Shown here: in pieces, positions 1 to 13,050 of the stretch
Layout of the letters: each line of letters starts with the position of its first letter
How positions within the stretch are numbered: position 1 is the first letter of the stretch
NCBI GenBank assembly: GCA_951406725.2
Contig: OX597814.1
Span: forward strand, 35,278,001-35,342,000
Length of the DNA stretch: 64,000 nucleotides
Direction of reading: 5' to 3'
Origin: Octopus vulgaris
Taxonomy: Eukaryota
Position numbers and translations under genes: made by a program
The notes under the pieces: model-generated
What the model was told of the DNA's origin: nothing
The model's input: the letters and a program-made list of their open reading frames with translations, nothing else
The model's database searches: none

Positions 1-658
1 GAAAACCACAACAGTTAACATAAATACCTTAAAACTGATCTACTGAGGAAAGGTAAAATACGTCGTACCACCCCCAACATTAAAAATGTTTACACCGCCT
101 TTGAGCATCCAAGTTTCAAGATGAGCAGTGAGACACAGACTGTTAGAAGGCTAGCAAAATAAGTAAGGAGGAAGCTATAACTTCTCACTTGGATTTGAAA
201 TACACTGTTCATATTTATTGTTGTCTGATTGTCGTACCTCACCAGATGAGAGTGTTTACTCTTTCATTTTATACCTCCATCTATTCTGAGAGTCAATAAT
301 TTGAGGTTAAGTTGTAGATATTCACAATCGAACGTAAAGCCTCGCATTTTCTCTAGAACTAATCACAGCAACAGTTTTTGTCTTCTTTCTTGTCGACGAA
401 GATCAACTGAGGAATCGTTTTCAGAGGATGGCGGGGTTTTTTTTTGTTTCATATAATCTCTACAGGCACAGAAATATAAGCAGGGCCTGTTCCATTCTGG
501 ACCAACACGTTCAGTGTACAAGCACTGTTGCTGGTTTGTAGAAGAAAGCCAAATACTTGATGTTGCATGTAGAGCAGTACAGGCTAACTGCCTAGTCCTT
601 CATGATACTTGTTTTGCGGGGTGGGCACACAAACATATACACACAAACATATACACAC

Positions 659-737
<79 letters not shown>

Positions 738-1082
738 TATACAGCGAAGCTTTACAATAGCGTCGTATATTATCGACTGCTACTTCCAGTAAATATTGGT
801 ACATTGTTGTGCCACTATCTTATATATATATGTGTGTGTGTATGTGTGTGAGTGGGTGTGTAATTAATTCGTGGGAATCATATCCTCATAAGGTATTCGT
901 ATTCCACTGGTTCAATCCGTATCATAGAATACGAAATTCATTGGTATATGTTAAGCATTATTGAAATTATTATCAATATTGAGGGAAAACAAAATGATAA
1001 GAAGAGAATAAACGTATGTAATTACTAATTTATTTGTATGTTACAAAAACGTAACATTAAAAACACACACACACACACATAC

Positions 1083-1117
<35 letters not shown>

Positions 1118-1179
1118 TGTATGTATGTATGTATGTATGTATGTATGTATGTATGTATCTATCTATCTATCTATCTATC

Positions 1180-1210
<31 letters not shown>

Positions 1211-1221
1211 ATGTGTGTATA

Positions 1222-1433
1222 TGTTTGTGTGTCTGTGTTTGCCCCCCCCCAAGATCGCTTGACAACCGATGCTGGTGTATTTACCTCCCCTTAACTTAGC
1301 AGTTCGGCAAAAGAGACCGATAGAATAAATACTAGGCTTACAAAGAATAAGTCCTGGGGTCGATTTGCTCGACTAAAAGGCGGTGCTCCAGCATGGCCAC
1401 AGTCATAAAAGAAACAAATAAAAGAGTAAAGAG
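1222..1433 (+). mobile_element. 3' half of tRNA-derived SINE (family A)
   Basis: Matches the reverse complement of the 3' half of the complete copy at 58820-59232 (gcttgacaaccgatgctggtg...ggggtcgatttgctcgactaaa...gctccagcatggcc); preceded by (TATG)n. Confidence 0.8.
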
Positions 1434-1451
1434 TTGAATAAAAAGACTATA

Positions 1452-1651
1452 TATGTGACCGCGTGTGTACCGTTGGCGATTTTTTCCTCCGTCTTCCCTT
1501 CTCTGGATCTTTCCTTTTCCTATGTTTCTGACGAAGAGCTCCGCTCGAAACGTTAAACCCTCCTTCTTTCCTGAGCGTCCAATAACACTATACTTGTTCC
1601 CCGTCCTCGCGTTGTTGTGTTTCCTCTTTGTGTTTTCATGTTTGGATTAAC
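1452..1651 (+). mobile_element. Short Penelope-like pLTR-type element carrying a hammerhead ribozyme, followed by (TA)n
   Basis: Contains the hammerhead at 1524-1558; resembles the minus-strand element at 28443-28646 (ctgagcg...aata...ttgtt). Confidence 0.6.
1524..1558 (+). ncRNA. Minimal type I hammerhead ribozyme (PLE-type)
   Basis: GUUU-CUGACGA-A-GAGC(UCC)GCUC-GAAA-CG-U-U-AAAC: stem I GUUU/AAAC, intact core, 4-bp stem II, palindromic ACGU stem III. Confidence 0.75.
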
Positions 1652-1676
1652 TATATATATATATATATATATGCAT

Positions 1677-1777
<101 letters not shown>

Positions 1778-1828
1778 TATACATATATATATAAGGGTGG
1801 CTTATTCGCAATTTTTCAACCGAAAGGC

Positions 1829-2052
1829 AGAAATATATACGTCACTAAAGTGACCAAGGGCACCAGTCAACGCCGGCATTGCTAGAAATAAGAGTTAAAA
1901 CAACTCATAGCCACCAGTCAGATATTATTTATGTTAATGACTGACAGTTATTACGATAAGTGCTTTGTCGTGGCTAGTTGTTTTCACTCTTATTTCTAGC
2001 ATTATTGGTGCTAGCTAGTGTCCTTGGTCACTTTAGTGACGTATATATTTCT
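1829..2052. repeat. Foldback / MITE-like inverted repeat with arms of about 80 bp
   Basis: agaaatatatacgtcactaaagtgaccaagg...gctagaaataagagttaaaacaact (1829-1905) pairs with agttgttttcactcttatttctagc...ccttggtcactttagtgacgtatatatttct (1976-2052). Confidence 0.85.
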
Positions 2053-2209
2053 ATATGTAAACGAGCGCGTGTGTATGTGCGTACGTGTGTGTTTGTGTCT
2101 GTGTTTGTATCCCACCACCGCCTGACAAGTGGTGTTGGTGTGTTTAAGTCCCCCGTAACGTAACGGTTCATCAGAAGTGGCCCATATCAGGCGATAAAAG
2201 TAAGTAAAA

Positions 2210-2432
2210 GGCTGCGAGCTGGCAGAAACGTTAGCACGCCGGGTGAAATGCTTAGTGACATTTCGTCTGCCGTTACGTTCTGAGTTCAAATTCCGCCGCG
2301 GTCGACTTTGCCTTTCATCCTTTCGGGGTCAATAAATTATGTACCAGTTACGCACTGGAGCCGATGTAAGCAACTTAATCCGTTTGTCCCCTCTATGTTT
2401 AGCCCCTTGTGGGCAGTACAAAAATAAGTATC
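2210..2432 (+). mobile_element. tRNA-derived SINE (family B) nested in an older family A copy (about 2090-2490)
   Basis: gagctggcagaaacgttagcacgccgg...gagttcaaattcc (B-box-like)...gactttgcctttcatcctttcgggg; near-identical to 61369-61603. Confidence 0.85.
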
Positions 2433-3449
2433 AGGTTTGGAAACTAAGTGTTTGAGTCGATTTGTTCGACTAAATTTCTTCAATGCGGTAGGTAAAAGAT
2501 TAAAAAAAGCGAGCACATTTGAACCAATATTAAACAAGCGATTTCCGATAACTTTCCACGGATTTTCTCAGATACTCATCCGTATTGCAAAATTTGCTGC
2601 GTAGGTTGAACAGCCTGTATAATCTCATGGCATCTTTCACTTATAATTTATGCAGGGCTTCATTATCAAATATAATCTACCTACCTGAAGAACGGCAATA
2701 GGATATCATTTCAGGCAGATTCTAACTACCAGTTTTCTCAGAGTCGTTCTGCTACATATTCTAATGGCATGCACTCTGTGAATTTCCAGTTAGATAATTG
2801 TAACAATTTAAATGGAATATATCTGCTATAGTTGAAATTTATGATACTCCTAAAAGAATTCAGTGTCAAGATTATTATTAAACATTGAGTATTTTACTTG
2901 AAATCCAGCCCCAAGATTGAGACGATGAACATGATGGTAAAATTAAGAAGCCATTCATTAGTTTTTTTTCTTTTAGAAGGAATCTAGTTCAGTAGCTCAA
3001 TGTTTAATGATCAAATATCATTTAGGTTACTAAGAACTCTTCTATATTTGTCATGTTCGCTTGTCTGTCAATTGATATATTCATGTCAGTTTCACACTGC
3101 CAATTGACGTATTCTTCTACTCAAAATTTGACTGAAAATAACACAAACTTGAAATAATAAAAATGGTTGATTTACAGCGATTATTTTAGAACGCATCAAC
3201 TGACTGATCTTGGTTCCCATCTTTATAGAAATTGTGGGAGAAATTATTCACTATTTCCCCGTCTGCTTTACTCAGCTTGTTGTTTGTAAAATTTCTGTTA
3301 TCTCTTTCTCTCTTTTACTATCTCTCTCCCTCTCTCTCCATATCCCTCTCTCACACACACATATATATATATTAATAAATAAAATAAAACATATGCATAT
3401 ATATAAACATATATGTACGTACCTACCTCTACATGTACATATACACGCA

Positions 3450-3620
3450 TATATGAGTACAGGACACCAAAAGGACGTCGAACACAATGAGAAGCGAAAA
3501 CATAGACACAAACCAAAGGAACTGGACATTAAAAAAAAAAGGGTACAGGACAATTAACACAAAGAAAAAACCCCTTCTTCAGTCGCTATGGTTTCATCTA
3601 CTCTACGTTTCGAAGGATAA
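3450..3620 (-). mobile_element. Probable PLE pLTR fragment with a partial hammerhead
   Basis: Minus strand reads cttcGAAACGTAgagt next to a (TA)n tract; only the 3' half of the motif is present. Confidence 0.35.
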
Positions 3621-3671
<51 letters not shown>

Positions 3672-4599
3672 TGAGTGTGTGTGTGTGTATGTATGTATGT
3701 ATGTATGTATGTATGTATGTATGTATACAAACTACATATAATATTTGTAAACAAAGGGCTTGTAAGTTTCGCAGAGAAAGCCATTATGGAAGACTCATTT
3801 ATAAATATTATGACTACGGAAATTTGCCTGAAATTGATGGGTGAACGTTTGGCCTAATCGGATGCGTAAAGAGCCGTGTTAGCTTTGATTTGTGGGTTCG
3901 ATTGTGGCTGGGGTTAGCTCATCATTTTTCAGTCATTTATTTATATTTAAAAACTGTTACTTCAAATCGGAGAATAAAATATTATGATATTATACAGTTA
4001 TATATATATATATATGTGTGTATGTATGCATGTATGCATATATGTATATATGTATACATATTTATGTATGAGTTTATGTGTATGCATGCATGAATGTATA
4101 GTTTGCCGGTAAGTACGGACAAAATCGCTAAAACTGTACTCAATAAGAAGGAGCGTATATGAGTGTAGCATTGTGCACCTAACTTCTCTTTATCCAAATT
4201 TCACATCTCCAATAATCACACCAGATATAAGTAGGCGGGCGATAAGTGGTCAATAGTTCAGAATATACATATAACTGTGCAGAAAAGCTCTGAGTAGGAA
4301 GAACAGACATGTGGAAAAAGAAATAGAAGAAAAGAAATAGAAAAGAGAAATATTGTAATTGTCACGCTCCAATGTAACGTGTCGGTTATAGACATTCCTG
4401 GGATATGCCTTCATCCTAATGAACTCTTTTTTCCTGAGTTCGAATTAGTTCAAAAATTGGTAAGTTTGTCAACCAGTATCTTACCGTTAAAGCACTAAAT
4501 CTGAGTGTGTGTGTGTGTGTGTTTTTTTGTTTTTTTGCGTGCGTGTGTGTGTGTATCTGCGTTTAGACATGTATAAACTACTTTTGTTGGGACTTGGTC

Positions 4600-5700
4600 A
4601 TGCGGATTGTGGTTTTTAGAAAGGTAGTAGCGATTCACTTTCCAGGCTTTTATCATAATAGTTGAGTGAGTTTAATTTAAATAGAGTTTTGTTTACAATG
4701 TCTAGTAAGTACATAATATCCCATTATCAATGTTTAGTTTTTTCTCATCATGGACAAATATGGAAACATTATACCAAATACAGTTAGCATTTAAGATTAG
4801 CTCTAACTTTTCCATACTTAATAGACTGACGCAGAAGTAAGTATGATCCATAATAATTTAAAGGAACACTTACTGGTTTTCCGTTGTCACAATATATATC
4901 TCCATTATCTTCTAGGAATGTTCTTCCCCATTTCGGTTTGACTAGCAAATGTGCAAGTGAGTAGCGCCTTACTTGAAGTGGTCAGTCAGCATATGATTTT
5001 GGTATAAATCCATTGTCAAACTGAACTTAAACTCAGAGTACTGATGAAGTATTCAGGTATTGTATGTTAAAGGAACAGTTAGATGGATCCATGGAGTTAC
5101 AATTGCGTGTGGGTTTGGTGGTGTTATAGCTACTTCGTATTATATTTGTATTTAAAATGCTGAAGTGAATGACATATCCTCTACTGAAAAGGAAAGAAAA
5201 CGTCGTGGTAGTTCTATTGTAGCTTTTGTAATGCCAATGTGTTTTGGGGGAAAATATAGTGATGTTTGGTACAGGAATTCCTTTGCCACATTTATACTTT
5301 CATTCAATGGTGAAGTATACATTAGGATTTTCCTTGTTCTATATTTGCACCTGGAGGTGGTTAGTACTTGTTTATGTTCTAATTTCTCTTAATATTTTAA
5401 AGTGATTCTTTGTATCATAATATCCTGATACCATATCAAATTCTGCTTTGTTAGAGGATAGGGATGAAATGAGTTTACTGATGGCAGGGACTAGTTCTCA
5501 GTGAATGTTAGGAGAATGTTTGCTTGTAGCATATAGCTGCGGATCAATGTTTAAGGTGAGGGTAAAATTTAGTTGTTTCTAGATTTAAGCTAACATTATC
5601 TTAGAGAGATTCCTATCTACTTTGTCTGAATCACCAATGGGTGAGTTAGTCTAATCAAAAACCAATAACTTGAGTAAGAGCAGGTTAATAATTGATGGAT
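4600..5700 (-). pseudogene. Highly decayed Penelope-like element (RT thumb/linker region)
   Basis: Minus-strand fragments read PQLYATSKHSPNIH*ELVPAISKLISSLSSNKAEF...RTRKILMYTSPLNESINVAKEFL...RNCNSMDPSNC, resembling PLE motifs SNHPP..I.KRLS.LSSN, RNIIWFNPP and CNC...C. Confidence 0.6.
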
Positions 5701-6780
5701 ATAAATTAATTTTGTCGAATTAGGTGAATCTACATTATTCTTAACTGAAAGAATGCTCTTTCATAATATTTGAACTAAAAGACTGCTCTTTCATAGGTGA
5801 AGGCGCAGTCTTTTAGGTTTTAAATAGAATGTTATCGAAAATCGTTTTTGTTAACAAAATCGTCCTTTAGTTCCGCTGGTCTTATCTAACAGACCTGGGC
5901 AGTATATAAAATATTTCTTAGTGGATTATTTGCGTAGGTGAGCAACAAAAATCGCAAATTATTTTAGACTGGAGGGAAGAAAGATTAAGGAGCGGGAGAA
6001 GAATGAGAAAAGGAAGAAGTAGAAGAAAAGTAGAAGTTGAAGACAAAGAAGAAGTAAAAGAAAAGTAGAAGTTGAAGACAAAGAAGAAGAAGAAAAGAGA
6101 AGAAAAGAGAAGAGAGAGAGGACGAAAAACTGATTACTTGAGGTACTCTTTTCAATTCGTCTGTACTAAGAAATTGTCCAACTTGCTGTCATCTCTTCTA
6201 AATAGCATTAATTTATTCACAGTGTAGAAATGGTTTATGGGTGTCCATAATGTTTGTGTCTATAACTAGATTTGTTTAGCATAGCAATCACGGTTGTTAT
6301 TTATAGACGGCTGAAGAAGTATACATGAATAATCTACTGAGCGATATATTCTTTTTACACGATTTGGGAGAAACAGTAGATTGTGGAATACCAGGTTAAA
6401 CTGACAAAAAGGACGAATAACTAAATTAATAGGCTATCTGGCAATCTATCAGCTAACGCAGGAGTTGTATCCTCTTACCGGAGCAGCTTTGCGCCAGCAA
6501 CCATTTCATTCTCAAAATAATAAGTCATATTTTATCTCATTTTATTCGAAGACTGACAAATTTATTTCCAGTTATCACGAATAATCTGTTTAATAGATCT
6601 CTATAACTTATTCCTCTCTTGATGTTTGAAATCAGACACAATTGTAAGATAAGTAACACTCCATAAATATAATAACCAGCATCATGAAATAGTCTCCGCA
6701 TACGTCTAGCAAATGTTTTAACTCTGCTGCACAGTTACTATTATTTTGATTTAATAATAATGATGATAAAAAATGAAAAA

Positions 6781-6953
6781 AAATGGTTTTAAGTTTTGGC
6801 ACATAGTCAGCATATTCGAGGGAGGTGATAAGAAGACCTCGAAAGGATGAAAGGCAAAATCGACCTCGATGGAATTTGAACTTAGATCGTAAAAACGGAC
6901 AAAATGCCGCTAAGTATTTTGGCCGGCGCGCTATCGATTCTGCCACCTCACCC
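6781..6953 (-). mobile_element. Diverged SINE family B copy
   Basis: gaaaggatgaaaggcaaaatcgacctcg...gaatttgaact is the reverse complement of the family B head. Confidence 0.75.
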
Positions 6954-7219
6954 TATTAATAATTGTAATCCTTTCTTCTGTAGATACAAGGCTTAAAATT
7001 TGGTGGGAGAGGAGTAGCTGATTACATCGATTCCAATGCTCAGCTGGTGCAAAGACAAAATACAAAGGGATTTATATAGAACATGTGTAAGTAATTGAAG
7101 CTGTGACAATTAACAAAAATTTTAAAAGGAAATCTCCCCAACAGGGGGAAAAACGCCAACCAGGGATCATAACAGAAATGTTAATGTTTACAATGAAGGC
7201 TGGACGTGTGGAAATTCCC

Positions 7220-7478
7220 ATTTGGTGTACGCAACAGAATGCACCTGACACAACTTGATTTATGTTGGTTGTACAATAGCACAATTAAACGAAAGATTCA
7301 GTGGGCACAAATATGACTTCAGGCACAATAACAGTAGTTTCACAGAATTTGCCGAACATTTTACATCAAACGGCTGCAATTTTGAAAAAGACTTGAAAGT
7401 GCATATTCTCAATGTATATTCTGAATCTGCTACACTTTCAGCTCTTAAAATGCATGATGAGAGATATGAGTTTTTTTG
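7220..7478 (+). pseudogene. GIY-YIG endonuclease fragment of a Penelope-like element
   Basis: ORF 7255-7479 IYVGCT..LNERFSGHKYDFR....FAEHF.....DLKVHIL matches the PLE YVG-T/R..GH/HF pattern. Confidence 0.75.
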
Positions 7479-7762
7479 AGTTGATAAAATAAGTACCAGT
7501 CAAGTATTAGGATCGATATAATTGACTTATCCGTCTTCTCACAAAATTTCAGGTTTAGTGACTATAAGAAGGGTTATTATTATTATTATTAGTTTTTTAT
7601 TGAGTGAGAGCAGTACATGCCATCAAAGTGACACTGGGGTTAAACATATGAAGCGCAAAATACCCATCATGGCTACCTGTCAGATACAAGGCAAGTGTAT
7701 CACAGCCATATGTGCACGACAGCTGACACTTTCCATCATACCCAGCAAAATAAGCTGTTTTC

Positions 7763-7984
<222 letters not shown>

Positions 7985-8049
7985 GCTTCTCTCAGAAGCA
8001 CTACCATAGAAAAATGTGCGTGAAAATGTAAACACGTGAACTGCAATGC

Positions 8050-8760
8050 CTCTATATCAAAACTGCGAAACTGTGAGTAAACTTTTAATCACATATGCAT
8101 TTACATCTCTACAAATCCTCAATACATATGCACATTGCAGTTTCTCTGTTACTCTCCTATACATCAATAACAATTATAAAGTTTATACAGCCCAGACACG
8201 GACGCGTATGTAGCAAACACCGAACGTATGGTATTTAAATGTATTTAACCAAAGAAGTGACAGGCCTGTGAACTGGAAAGGAACACAATTATGATCAGTG
8301 TTCGGTGAAACAAACAGTTGTAGAGAACAAAGAAGTAAAAAGTAATAGTAGTGAATTTTGACCAGCGAGCCTCCAACGATCACTACACGAAGGAAACATA
8401 AACACACGTTAATGTCACTGCTCAAACAAATAGCAAAACCAAATAAAGAGTGATGGACAGATAACTATGGCCTCAATAAAGTGATTTACGCACACTATAA
8501 TGCAATACTCCCCCAAAAACATGCAGGAATAAACTCGTACGGTAAATTCTCAATAAAATAAACAAACCCCACAACATGCGCCATAGAAGCCCAATACCCA
8601 ATGGCAGAACACATCTTGCACTGTATAAATGACACAAAATACAAACATTAGACCATAGCAAAAGATAATGATGCAATACAATATTCCCCAGACGAAAAAT
8701 AAAATGCTGCAGACACCTCACGTACTCAAAAGTGCAGCAAGTGATGCAATAGAAAATTAT
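8050..8760 (+). pseudogene. Possible C-terminal relic of an I/R1-like LINE
   Basis: Fragment GINSYGKF...TTCAIEAQYPMAEHILHC resembles the C-terminal CCHC knuckle; heavily decayed. Confidence 0.35.
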
Positions 8761-8804
8761 TTGAAACTACCAGATGTCGGATAATAATAGTGGTGATGAC
8801 GATG

Positions 8805-9657
8805 AAATCTTGTGTTTCCTAACTTGTTCAGTTTCCATGTTTCTATTTTACTCAGATCTTATCTTAAAGTATTCATTTTATTTTGTAATCTCTTTTTCCA
8901 CATTTGCTCGTTTTAAATCTTTCCTTGAGGAATACCTAATCTTCTAGTAACGACTACCCCTCCTGCAGAATTCAGTAAGTTAGTGTCACGTATAATTTTA
9001 GTAATTATGCGTGATAGAGTCTACTTTCCTAGTCATATCTAGCAGATTACTTCTGTTGGAACCTTTTAATGCTGGTAATCTTTCCTTTCTGCTTTTTTGT
9101 CTTTGCTTCCTGCAACTCATCTAAAATCTTCTGATCTTCTCCACTTAAGTCACTTAAGTTGCTGGTGCCAGATGTCCCTTCGTGATGTTGCGTTATTATT
9201 ATTATTTTTTTTTTAGGTTCTTCTTTGGTTTGAATTGTATATTTAAAGTTGTTTTTTTGGCTTTTCTACTGCCTGGTCTTCCTTCTCCAGTTCTCTTATG
9301 ATCTCTCCCACCTCTAATTCTGTGATCAACATTCTCCTCCTAATAGCATTAGCTTCGTCTACTTATCTCTGCTCAGTCACTTTAAACATATTCTTCTCTA
9401 CCCAAAGTGTTAAACCTATTTTCTATAACCCCTTCTTTTAGGTTCACATTCTCACTACCACTGCCTTATCCTGTTTTCTTCACTGGTCCGATTCCGCTTC
9501 CTTATTCTATTATCTGCTGATGCGCCCTTAGAATGACAGCTGTAGTCAGCCTGCATTTGTACTGAACCGCTGCCAAGCTGGTGACCATCACTTAAAGCTC
9601 TGGCCTTATTTTCGCTGCTACCATCAGAGTTTCTGGGCATATTCTTGTCTCTCATAA
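8805..9657 (-). mobile_element. Inverted 5' portion of an R4/Dong-like LINE
   Basis: Minus strand MRDKNMPRN...RRGYRK...LWVEKNMFKVTEQR*VDEANAIRRR is typical of the R4 N-terminus; its last 44 bp equal the first 44 bp of the + strand body at 10216. Confidence 0.75.
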
Positions 9658-10215
9658 ACTAAGTTAGTGTCACGTATAATTTTAGTAATTATACGTGACA
9701 GAATCTACTTTCCTAGTCATATCTAGCAGATTACTTTTGTTGGAACCTTTTAATGCTGGTAATCTTTCTTTTCTTCTTTTTTGTCATTGCTTCCTGCAAC
9801 TCATCTAAAATCTTCTGATCTTCTCCACTTAAGTCACTTAAGTCGCTGGTGCCAGATGTCCCTTCGTGATGTTGCGTTATTATTATTATTATAAGTATAT
9901 TTGCAAATATACTTGCATTCTTGCATTCAGATCTGAGTTATTTGCAAAAATTATAAGTATATCACTGAGTTATATGTTTGATGCTGAAGGTATGAAGCAA
10001 ACAAACGCATATGCAAAAGCCTCCCCAGCACAACTAAAGAAAACAATATTTAAAAACTGAACTATTTGGACAAACATTAGCAACGACACTGGACAAACGA
10101 TCTAAGCAATTAACACTCAACACACCCTGCCTAACCTCACTTGTAGAATGCAGGATCACAAATCAACATTACAACGTCACCTTACCTGGAACTTATTAAA
10201 ACACCACAATGACTG

Positions 10216-12640
10216 AAATAGAAACATGGAAACTGAACAAGTTAGGAAACACAAGATTTAAACATTTCCTTAAGAAAAGATACTGAGTCAAAGAAAGAGG
10301 ATTTGAGAGAGTCATGGAAGAGTTGAAAGAACCTATCATAGGAGTAGTAGGTAAACCTTCCAAATATCAGGAAAGAATAAATCAAAATGAACAGAATAGA
10401 TCATTCGAGACAAACCGGAATGGATTTTATAGCCAAATAAAAAGTGGAGAAAAAAGTACTGAAGAGGAGAAGCATAATGCAGAAACCTAATACCAGATTG
10501 GATGACTAGAGAGATACCATTCCTTTGCCTTCCTGAGAGGGATCAAACAAGATTACAGTACTCCTTATGAAACATAAGAGCAAGGATAATACAGCTACCA
10601 ATTATAGACTAATCACTTGCTTACCATTAATGTCGAAGATGGTAAGAGGAATGCTTTCAGAAAGCATTTACAAGCATTTTGACAACCAGAATTTGCTGCC
10701 AGAAGAACAGTAAGGTTGCAGGAAAAAAGCTAGAGAAGTGCATAATCTATTATACAGCGAGAAAGCAGTCCTTAATGAAGTAAAATCTAGAAAGAAAAGT
10801 TTAACAATAGCATCGATAAATTATAAGATTTCACACTCATGGATAAGTGAATGTTTGAGTGTATTCAGCATGCAGAAAGCATAAGAGAATCAATAAGCTT
10901 TATCATGAGGAAATGGAAAGTAAAATACACAGTTGACACAACCTAAAATTTAATATCATGAGAGGAATTTTTCAAGGAGATTCGTTATCCCCTTTGATAT
11001 TTTTCTTATGTTTGGACCCCTCAGTTTAGTATTAAGGAAGGTAAAGGCAGGGTATCAGTTCAAAATTGGTAAAGGAAAGATTAACCATTGGCTCTACATA
11101 GATAATCTGAAGCTTTTTAGTAAGAATGAAAAAGAGATAGATCCCTTAATACAGACTGTAAGACTCTTCAGTAAAGATATAGGCATGGACTTTGGCATAG
11201 ATAAATGTGCAATATTAGTCAAGAGAAGGGGACAGGTAGTTAACAGCGAAGGCATCCAATTACCAAATGGTCAGACATTAAAATCATTCAAAGGAGGAGA
11301 GAGTTATAAGTATCTAGGAGTATTAGAATCTGACAGAGTACTAACTACAGATATGAAAAATAAAATTGAGAAGGAGTACATCAGAAGGATGAGGAAGCTA
11401 ATGAAATTAAACCTAAATGGTTCGAATTTAATGAAGGCTGTAAATAATTGGGTAGTATCGTTACTTAGATACTCAGTAGCTTTATAGATTGGTCAAAATC
11501 TGAATTAGAAACTCTAGACGGAAGAATTAGAAAGGAATTCAATATGAATGGTAAACTTCACCCACGATCATGAGTAGCAGATTATACTTAACCAGAAAGA
11601 AGGTTGGAGGGGGTTAATATCTGTAGAAGACTACGTAGAGTTAGCTAGAGTAGATATAGCCTCCTATGTAAGTAATAGTGAAGAATGTTTATTAAGAGCT
11701 TCTAGAATCACAGTAGGATATGGGTGAACCAAAAGGCCAAATGAAGTTAAGATCATAAGAAGAAAAAGGTTATCTGACTGGCAATGGAAGGCTTGCGTGG
11801 TAGATTCAAAAAGATAGTTGCAGCAAATAGTTGAAGTGAGACATGGTTATGGTTGCAGAAAGGAAGGCTGAAAAGGGAGACAGAAAGTTTGTTAGCAGCA
11901 GCACAAGATCAAGCATTAAGCACTAATTCGATGAAAGCCAATATAGACAAAATCCGGTAGTTTCCTAATGTAAATGATATGAATCGAAAGAGGAAAGTGT
12001 TACTCATATAGTAAGTGAATGTAACATACTGGTAGAGAAAGAATACAAGAAAAGACAACAACCTAGTGAGAGTAATCCATTGGGAGTTATGTAGAGAGCT
12101 AGGATTTGACCATACTGATAAATGGTATGAACATAAAGGTAGTTAAAGTACTGGAAAGTACGAAAGATAAGACGCTGTGGAACTTTAACAAACAGACAAA
12201 CAGAGTGATAGAAGCTAGAAGGGCTGATTTAGTAGTTGTAGATAAATAGAATTAGAAAGTGTCAGATAATTGGCTTTATAGTCCCAAATGATGAGAAATC
12301 AACATGAGAAATATAGAGAAAATAGCAAAGTACCAGTACCTAGCCAATTACAGAGACTATGGAATATACGGGTGAAAACGTATGCCTGTAGTTATAGGTG
12401 CAATAAGAAACATCCCTAAAGATTTGAAAAAATGGAGAGAAGAAATAGGGATACAACTTAATTTAGTACAACTTCAGTAAACAGTATTATTAGGGACGGT
12501 ATTATTAGAATATTTAAAACAGTATTATTAGAATACTTAGGAGAATCTTTGGCATCTAAGATTGCTTGTTGTAGCCCGATATTAGGAATATTTTTTCCAA
12601 CAGTATAATTTGTTATGCGTCTATGAAATAATAATAATAG
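10216..12640 (+). mobile_element. R4/Dong-like non-LTR retrotransposon body, decayed (RT + CCHC + RLE endonuclease)
   Basis: Motifs NYRLITCLP, RGIFQGDSLSP, LYIDNLKLF, YKYLG (ORF 11008-11487), AAQDQAL, EARRADLVVVDK; ends in (TAA)n; contains frameshifts and stops. Confidence 0.92.
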
Positions 12641-12644
12641 TCCA

Positions 12645-13050
12645 CCATCTGAAAGCTTGACAATGTATGGTGCTCACCATCAGAAAGCTGATATCAACTG
12701 GCTGTACTTGAGGAGAGAACAGGGTGGAAGAGGCTTAATAGCAGTAGAAGAAAGAGTACAGATAGAAAGAGAAATTATAGTAGAATATTTACAGATTAGC
12801 ACAGAAAAAACTACTAAAGCCAGTAACTAAAGGACAGGTGACGAAGCGCGTAATAGGCGAAAAGGACAAGAATGATATACAAAGAACGCACGTCAGACAG
12901 ATTGAAGAGAAACTTCTGGATGGCCAATTTTGGAGAGTTACTGAAGATGAATGTAGAATAAAATGCTGGGCTTGGTTGAAAAGGGGCAATTAAAAAGGAA
13001 AAGAAACAGGGAGCCTAATTGTAGCAGCCTAATATCAAGCGATAGAAGCA
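12645..13050 (+). mobile_element. Second R4/Dong-like fragment
   Basis: TMYGAHHQKADINWLYLRREQGGRGLIAVEE thumb motif. Confidence 0.8.

Noticed and set aside
514-1299. YI/CV/MYVC-repeat ORFs (also at 1617-1885, 3487-4197, 14011-14285, 22688-23035, 34857-35085)
   Set aside because: Translations of (TA)n, (TG)n and (TATG)n microsatellites.
1881-1906. gctagaaataagagttaaaa resembles the Cas9 sgRNA scaffold
   Set aside because: Short imperfect match within a foldback arm; no CRISPR array or cas gene in the window.
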